A DNA stretch of 63,999 nucleotides, counting the filler, from Trypethelium eluteriae (lineage: Eukaryota): the NCBI GenBank assembly GCA_051942245.1. It is 3 parts of 3 records of this genome, joined end to end, with 100 filler letters (N's around TTAATTAATTAA, not from the genome) between each part and the next. Parts side by side here need not be neighbours in the genome. Positions count along the whole stretch, not along the records: positions 44,174 to 63,999 come from JAVECL010000515.1; 2 more parts are not named here. One strand, 5' to 3'. Shown here in pieces: positions 57,652-63,999 of this stretch. The notes below the pieces were generated by a model. It did not search any database. It saw nothing but the letters and a program-made list of their open reading frames with translations, and was not told where the DNA came from. The translations under genes and the position numbers were made by a program. The first letter of the stretch is position 1. Every line of letters starts with the position of its first letter.

Positions 57652-60120
57652 ATGGCCCACCAAACCTATGTTAAGCAAAGACCGCGGAAGAAGATTAGAC
57701 GTTCCACCACCTATTATACTCAGCTGTCTAAGCAACTGGAAGAACAAGGCCCTATCGCGCCTGAATATGCAGCAACAACTGAAGAAGGTCGATGGGGGAT
57801 GTGGAATAGATGGCAGAAGTTCGTACACAACCCACAACCCATTTCATTGGACTTTTATTAGCTAACATGATCAGATTCTGCGATTCAGCTGTTAAACAGG
57901 ACCCCTTAGCCTACCTTACACCCCCCACTGCCGAAAAATACATGGTCTTTATGAAGTGGATCTTGGATAAATACCCCAATGTCCGGAAGGGGCACAGCCT
58001 TGAAACGTACTGGAAGCAGTTTAAAGGAGCCTACAGAGACCTTGTGCTCACGTCTATGGACCCGGATATATCAAAGCAAGTACTTCGAGTATGTAAGAGT
58101 ACAGAACTGGCGATGAGCTCATGCAACTGACTTTGTCCAGTACATCCAATACCGGCTGATGCGAGAGTATAAGCTGGATGTATCCCAGCCCCAGCGACCC
58201 GTGTTAGAAGTTGATGCCTTCCTTCTTGTATTGCACCACCACTGGGTGCAGGATACGTCGGTCTACCCTTGTGAAGAGCAGCGTCTGCAACTCGCTCTGC
58301 TTCTCTTGTTTGCAGCTTATACCGGGACACGGCCGTGCTCACTCCTTCAGACAAAGCCGTCAAAACAGCAGCTTGAAAGCGCCCCCAAAGTAAAGGCGGC
58401 GTATGCTTCTCAACCTGATGTTGCTGATATTACCGACGGCGACCCTGCGGCCTTAGAGGATAACAATGAAAGTGACGACGTATCTGAGAGTGAGAGTGAC
58501 CACGGAGGGTACAACGGTGCGGCTGACGGCCGTGATAGCGCCGGAGAATTGATACAGTCTGTACTCTACCAACATGTGACAATTCTCGTGGTTAAACACA
58601 AGGGCAGAGATGTCCTTACTATGAGTATTACCCTTGTGCACACCAAAGGTGAGAACAGAAAGCCACAGCCGTAAGTACGCCATAATGTTGTACACTGCCA
58701 GAAATCTGATATACTTTTAGGAAAACATTCAGGGTTTACCAACACAGTAACCCTCTTCTTTGTCCGGTCACATATATGATCGCGCTTGGGCTTTACAATA
58801 ACGCGTTCGCCGCCTCCAGTATTCGAGACCCAAAAGATGTTCTGTGCGCCCAAGTCCCTCAACGGAAGAACAGCCTGGCATTACGATGGAAGGAGAGTAA
58901 GCTGAACGAGCCCATCTTCCAAGAATATACGGCCTCAGAGAGCCAGATACCAACCCCTCTCCGCGGTCATACGGCTCGCAACTGGATAAAGCGCCTGGGG
59001 GAGAGTGTCGGCCTGGAGCAGCCGCTTTCACAATACTGTATACGACGGGCCACTGGCAATGCTGTGGACGGTACTTCTCGCCACGCTCTCTTCACTGGTT
59101 TAAAGCTGACTCAAGACCTTTGTAGATGTGGCCACGGTTGCTGAGCGAGATCAGATTATGGGCCACGCGAACTCGAACATCTTCCAATTCTATATCAACC
59201 CGAAGGTCAAGTGCGATGTACAGGCCGCCTTCCTTGAGGAGCCATCGGACAAGACCTTGATGAGGGTGCTGGGCAGTATGGCCTTGACTTATGATCCCTA
59301 CGCACCAAGAGGATTATCCGAGGAAGATGCGTGTCGAATCAGTAAGCATCCAACTATCGCGAAGCTACGACGGAATAGAGACGACATGACCACCAAGATT
59401 AGGGACCTCCTGCACGCTCCTAGTCCTACCGTTTCCGAGAATGCTATCGAACAGCTCGATAAAAGGAGAAAGGAGCTCAACGCAAGGCTTCGTCGGAAGA
59501 AGAAGCAGCTGCGTGATCGCGCGGAAAGGGTGGCGCGAGAGGTGTATTTCAGGGAGAACGACACGAGAGAGCTTGACGGAGAATTGGACACAGCACGTCT
59601 ACCTGATAGCGAGGGCGAGCCCCAGAGACCCGACTACCAGCTTCAGGAGCGCGCACATATCGCAGAGTTGCTATGTAGACCCTACGGCGACCTCAGCGAA
59701 TCTGATCAAGTCCAACATCGGCTTGAGCTCGTCCGCGCGCTGACGAAGTTGTGCTCTCGTCGAGAAACTCGGCGACGCAATGCTGTGCGGTATGCCTCTG
59801 GTAATGAAGCCAGTCCAAAGCAGGAAGACCCAGACGAGCCTGCGTCATTCCCCCTTAGGTGCGATACCCGTCAGTGCCTCTTTTGTCTAGGTGATGAGCG
59901 CTTGCCAGTCAGGCAGCGGAGATTTCGCTGGTGTCGGCCGGCGAAGATGATGGATCATGTCGAAGGTCACCTCAAGCAGTATACGCTAAATGCAAGGATA
60001 TACTGCCCTCACCCCATATGTAAAGCAGATGGATGGGCGCTGGACGGTGTCCTACACTTCCATCGTCATGCACACACTGTTCACGGAATCAAACATCGAC
60101 TCCCAAAGCCATTATTGTAG
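57652..60120 (+). CDS. DUF3435 tyrosine recombinase (Starship captain), 751 aa, 5 exons
   Basis: Exons 57652-57818, 57875-58088, 58141-58670, 58721-59070 and 59126-60120 splice in frame. Catalytic motifs YTGTRP (R), HTKG (K), YCIRR, MGH and FQFY (Y); C-terminal CLFC...CPHPIC...HAHTVH zinc-finger-like region. Confidence 0.9.
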
Positions 60121-60603
60121 GTGCAGAGACTCAGATATGTTTAGATCAAGATCGCGAAGAAGTCGATGCACCCCCTTACTGCTCTCCATCGGCCGTGCTT
60201 CTGTGGACCGTTGTAGTCCGACTTCGCCGGGTCGGTGGTGATTACGTACAGCTCTATGTAGACCCACAGCTATTCGCCGTCCAATTGGTGAACGTTACAT
60301 GTCTAAGAACGCCTCTCTACCTACCTACCTAACAAATCCATCTCATCTAATCGAGTTTTGTTGATGAAATGATTCCAACCTGTCTTGGCTGATCGCTTAG
60401 ACTCGCCTAAGTGGACCCAAGTGGGATAATCCTTACTAGCTTTTAACAAATAAGCTGAGAGCTGAGACCCCTGAGTGTGTTCATCTGACAGATTTTGGTC
60501 AATCGAAAAGCCGCAGTCCGGGGCTGGGCTTATTTAGGGTATGTAACAGAGGGTTGAACCCACTGTACTTTACGGACCCCGGTAAATAAGAAGTGTGAAG
60601 TGA

Positions 60604-60659
60604 GAAACGGGAAACGGGAAACGAGAAACGGGAAGCGGGAAACGGGAAACGGGAAGCGG
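60604..60659 (+). repeat. Heptamer tandem repeat, 8 x GAAACGG (variants GAAGCGG, GAAACGA)
   Basis: Read directly; lies about 155 bp upstream of the ATG at 60814. Confidence 0.9.
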
Positions 60660-60813
60660 GGAACTGTACCTACCGGTATCGTAGTATGTTGTCGGACCAT
60701 GTCAGGTCGTACGTCTTTTGACACAACTCATTATATAGAGACTGGATTTTAAAACAATTCCTTTTTGTCCGTTGTGGCTTGCTGCATCTCTTCCCTTGTC
60801 AAAGCTACTCACA

Positions 60814-61628
60814 ATGCTACTCCTTACTCACTTTGTGTTCTCTCTTTTGCTTGCGCTGGCGCATGCACACTCTTGGGTAGAGGAGATCTGTCATGTATGC
60901 GACAACGGCACATTTTGTGGGGACGCAGGCTACCCCCGCGGATTCGGTGAGAATGTGTCTGCCTCTGTTCGTACAGAGTTAATATTTAAGAAGTACCTCG
61001 GACATCACGATATTTTCTCGAATCTGGCGATACAACTATGACGCATCTCCTACCACCAGATGGTCGACCAGGAGGGGGTATACTTCCCTCAGACTTAATA
61101 TGTATGCCCAGCCAAGAACAGTTGAATGATACAGAAGGGAGTCCTTCTCTTCGAGCTCGGCCTTCGGATAGGATTGCACTTCGTTATCAGGAGAATGGGC
61201 ATATCACATTACCTACGGCGAAAATTGGCAAGTTATCACCTGGTTCAGTCTTTATATATGGTACGAGTCACTCACTCCCAAATGACACTTTTTTAGGGAT
61301 TCACTCTGTTTGGTCTGCCGACGGCTCTGGAGGCGATGGGCGCGGCCGTCTCTTAACCAATACTACATTCGATGACAGCACGTGTTATCAAGTAAATGAT
61401 AGCGCGGAATCCCGCCTACGCCAATCTCTCCATCAACCAATCCATGATAACCAGGAGGGGGCCAATCTTTGGTGCAAGAATGAGATTATTTTACCACAGG
61501 ACTTGATAGCTGGAAGTATATTTACATTATACTGGGTATGGGACTGGCCGACAGCAGCGGATCTCAGGTTGCATGAGTCGGGTAAGGAGGAAATCTACAC
61601 AACATGTATTGATATTATCATAGAATAA
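60814..61628 (+). CDS. Secreted protein with mature N-terminal His (LPMO/His-brace-like, uncharacterised family), about 255 aa
   Basis: Signal peptide MLLLTHFVFSLLLALAHA followed by HSWVE; intron 60947-60993; ALRYQENGH, TLYWVWDWP and EIYTTCIDI motifs. Confidence 0.8.
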
Positions 61629-63354
61629 AGGATTTATTGCTTATGGTGTAAGGAACTGGGCCCTAATAAACCTATCTCTTATTTGGCTGTTTTCTCCTAA
61701 CATTGCTTAAATCTTTCTTCTGCATTTTTGCAGCTTTCTTCTCTTCCAATTATACCTCTGAACTGATTTCTATAAAGAGGAAAGACTCAAAGAGGGCTGC
61801 TGATATAACGTCCGTCCCTGGGTCGCGAGCCGCCCTCCGTAGCGTGCCAAATTATAGATACATCATTCTCAGAGCAGCTCCGAGTTCGCATGTACCTTTA
61901 AATTCGCTTGAATAACGTCCATCCCTGGGTCGCCGGACGCACGCCGTCACCGGACATACCATTGGTACTTCAATTTAAAGTAGACTAAGCGCAACGCACA
62001 CATCGAATGCTCGTATGATTCCAGATCGTTCGTCTGGTGTAGCCAATTCTAAGCCTTTCCCACCCTGGCAATTCCAGAAATTTCGATCATGTCGTCGTCT
62101 TCGCGCCTAATTACGGGGAGCCTCTTTTTATAGTTCATCAGGCCTCATTAACCCACAGCTCCACCATCAGGCTTATTTCGTCCTTCAATTCCATAGAAGA
62201 TTCGATTAAGGTATCTGAACCTTACCACAATCCTTGACAAGTCACCTTCAGCCTTATGGGCGCCATCGCATGCTCATTCATGCAACATCGCCACGCCACT
62301 CAGTACTTATTCGAAGAGAATAAGGATTCCTGGTCCAGATAAGATAGCTCGCTTAATAGATTACCACGTATTTTATGATAAACATCATGTAATGATACCA
62401 TATCTTTTTGTGACACCTCCACTAGACTGTAGCGCACCGTCGAAGATTCCAGAAGTTTCCACGCATTTATCCTCAATATTGTCATACATTCATTTGAGCT
62501 CACTCAGACAATACAAGCATACTAAATTATATTTTCATGAGCAACATCTAGGCGATCACTAATTAATTATGAGTGGTGCTTATAGAACTAAAAGTCTAAT
62601 GTGCTTTTCCTGTGTGGCTGGACACACTGCGAGACCGGACAGAAATTAAAAATTAGCATACTATGCTCTGCCTCATCGATTTATAATCTTATTGTTGATA
62701 TTTAAAGCTTCTTCTACCTTTGCTCCACCCATTCCACTTTGCAGCAAGCGAGACAAGAGCGTGTGAACGTTGTCACCATCAATCCTGTTGTCGCGTAATT
62801 TGATGCTTAAGTTCCCACCTCCTGCCCTTTCTTAAGAATTGCGAACGCTTTAAATTTCGGACATATAACAGTGAAGGCCAATATCAAAAGAGTACTGCAT
62901 TGCGTGTCAGCAAACTATCATCCTTATGGTTTGCTGTACTGAAAGATCAGCCGAGAAATGGTAAGTGCCATTGTTTCTGCCAAGAATTGTCAATGTTTGC
63001 GCTACGCTATATTAGGCTAGTGACGAACTACATTTTAATTCGTCTTGAATGCAAAAACCCTAATCACGTGCTGCTTTAGATTTATCCAAATGTTAATTGG
63101 GGCCTTGTCTTAGTGCCTTAGTGCCTTCGTTAAAAATCGTGAAGAGTAAGGTGATTAAAAACGGACCTAATTTTCTGTTAAATTGCCATCCACCTGCGTG
63201 ACGCAACACGATGCAAATATATGTCTCTGCAACTTATTTGAGATAGACTAATTGTGTATGTTTTTGAGGAAACCATGTTCATGAGGCAAATAAGACACGC
63301 AGTTATACATAAGAAATGGTTATCAGAGATAACACAGTTTCAATTCAGCGGGTA

Positions 63355-63999
63355 TTATTCAAAATCTGCAAGTTCATCTAGAGAATGTAGGTGTATACGC
63401 TTTCTACGCCACTCATTGATTGTGTCTGTTGAGTTCCTTGTGGAGGGGTGATCTGACCCGAGGATATCGTTCCGCCTCTCATAGCATTCTTGCATCAAAT
63501 ATAATGGCATCATCTTCTTTGTTCATGCCATAAAAGATTAGCGCAAGATTCTCTATACTGATCAGTGTATCCGGATGGTCTTGGCCTAGCACCCGCTTAC
63601 ATGTGTCCAGTTCTTTCGCCTACAGCTTCTCAGCTTCTTTCCACCGGCCTTGATTCCTGTACGTCGACGCCAGGTTGGCCATGCTGGTCAGTGTGTCTGG
63701 ATGGTCGACCCCAAGCACCCTCTTGTGAGTCTCCATTACTTGCACCTCTAACTGTTCGGCCTCTGTCCATCGGCCTTGATTCCTGTACGTCGATGCCAGA
63801 TTGCCCATGCTGGTCAGTGTGTCTGGATGGTCGACCCCAAGCACCCTCTTGTGAGTCTCCATCACTTGCACCTCTAGCTGTTCGGCCTCCGTCCATCGGC
63901 CTTGATTCCTGTACGTCGATGCTAGGTTGGCCATGCTGGTCAATATATCTGGATGGTCGACTCCAAGCACCCTCTTGCGAGTCTCCATTACTTGCACCT
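63355..63999 (-). CDS. 3' end of a TPR-repeat protein (fungal NLR-like), with premature stop at 63620-63622 and a downstream frameshift
   Basis: Three near-identical 42-aa (126-bp) repeats EVQVMETHKRVLGVDHPDTLTSMANLASTYRNQGRWxEAExL. TPR-like sequence continues past the TAG to a TAA at 63355. The N-terminal domains lie outside the window. Confidence 0.8.

Larger units (their letters stand above)
57226..63999 (+). mobile_element. Putative Starship giant transposon, left portion (runs off the window)
   Basis: Abrupt switch from RIP-mutated Gypsy RNase H sequence to unmutated DNA just after TTAC (57222-57225). The first gene is an intact DUF3435 recombinase pointing inward, followed by accessory-type genes. 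Right boundary not visible. Confidence 0.72.

Noticed and set aside
60690..60716. Minus-strand ACGTACGACC resembling the 5' end of fungal 5S rRNA, a known target of some Starships
   Set aside because: Similarity stops after about 10 nt; no 5S internal promoter boxes seen.

Overview
Filamentous ascomycete (Pezizomycotina) genomic DNA with spliceosomal introns. It consists of three contigs joined by artificial 100-bp spacers (N44-TTAATTAATTAA-N44 at 21998-22097 and 44074-44173), so adjacency across the spacers carries no meaning. Contig 1 (1-21997): a secondary-metabolite locus with a 6-exon non-reducing PKS (SAT-KS-AT-PT-ACP-ACP-R, fusarubin Fsr1/PGL1 type), a divergent AflR/Fsr6-like Zn2Cys6 regulator, a solo LTR between them and an intronless P450, followed by housekeeping genes (PAP2 phosphatase, aldo-keto reductase, ATP10, GOS1, RPL35). 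Contig 2 (22098-44073): ENP2, two divergently oriented paralogous large secreted Cys-domain/mucin-like GPI-type proteins, a HET-domain gene, a long coiled-coil protein and partial ABD1. Contig 3 (44174-63999): a nest of mobile elements. It holds a RIP-mutated LINE and a RIP-killed DUF3435 tyrosine-recombinase gene cut by a RIP-mutated Gypsy element, which contains a Fot1/pogo transposon. The Gypsy is itself cut at a TTAC motif by unmutated DNA that begins with an intact 5-exon DUF3435 'captain' recombinase. This is most simply the left end of a young Starship giant transposon. Its visible cargo is a secreted protein with a mature N-terminal His (LPMO/His-brace-like) and the 3' end of a TPR-repeat NLR-like gene. 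Exon boundaries were derived by hand, and family assignments rest on motif recognition, not database searches.
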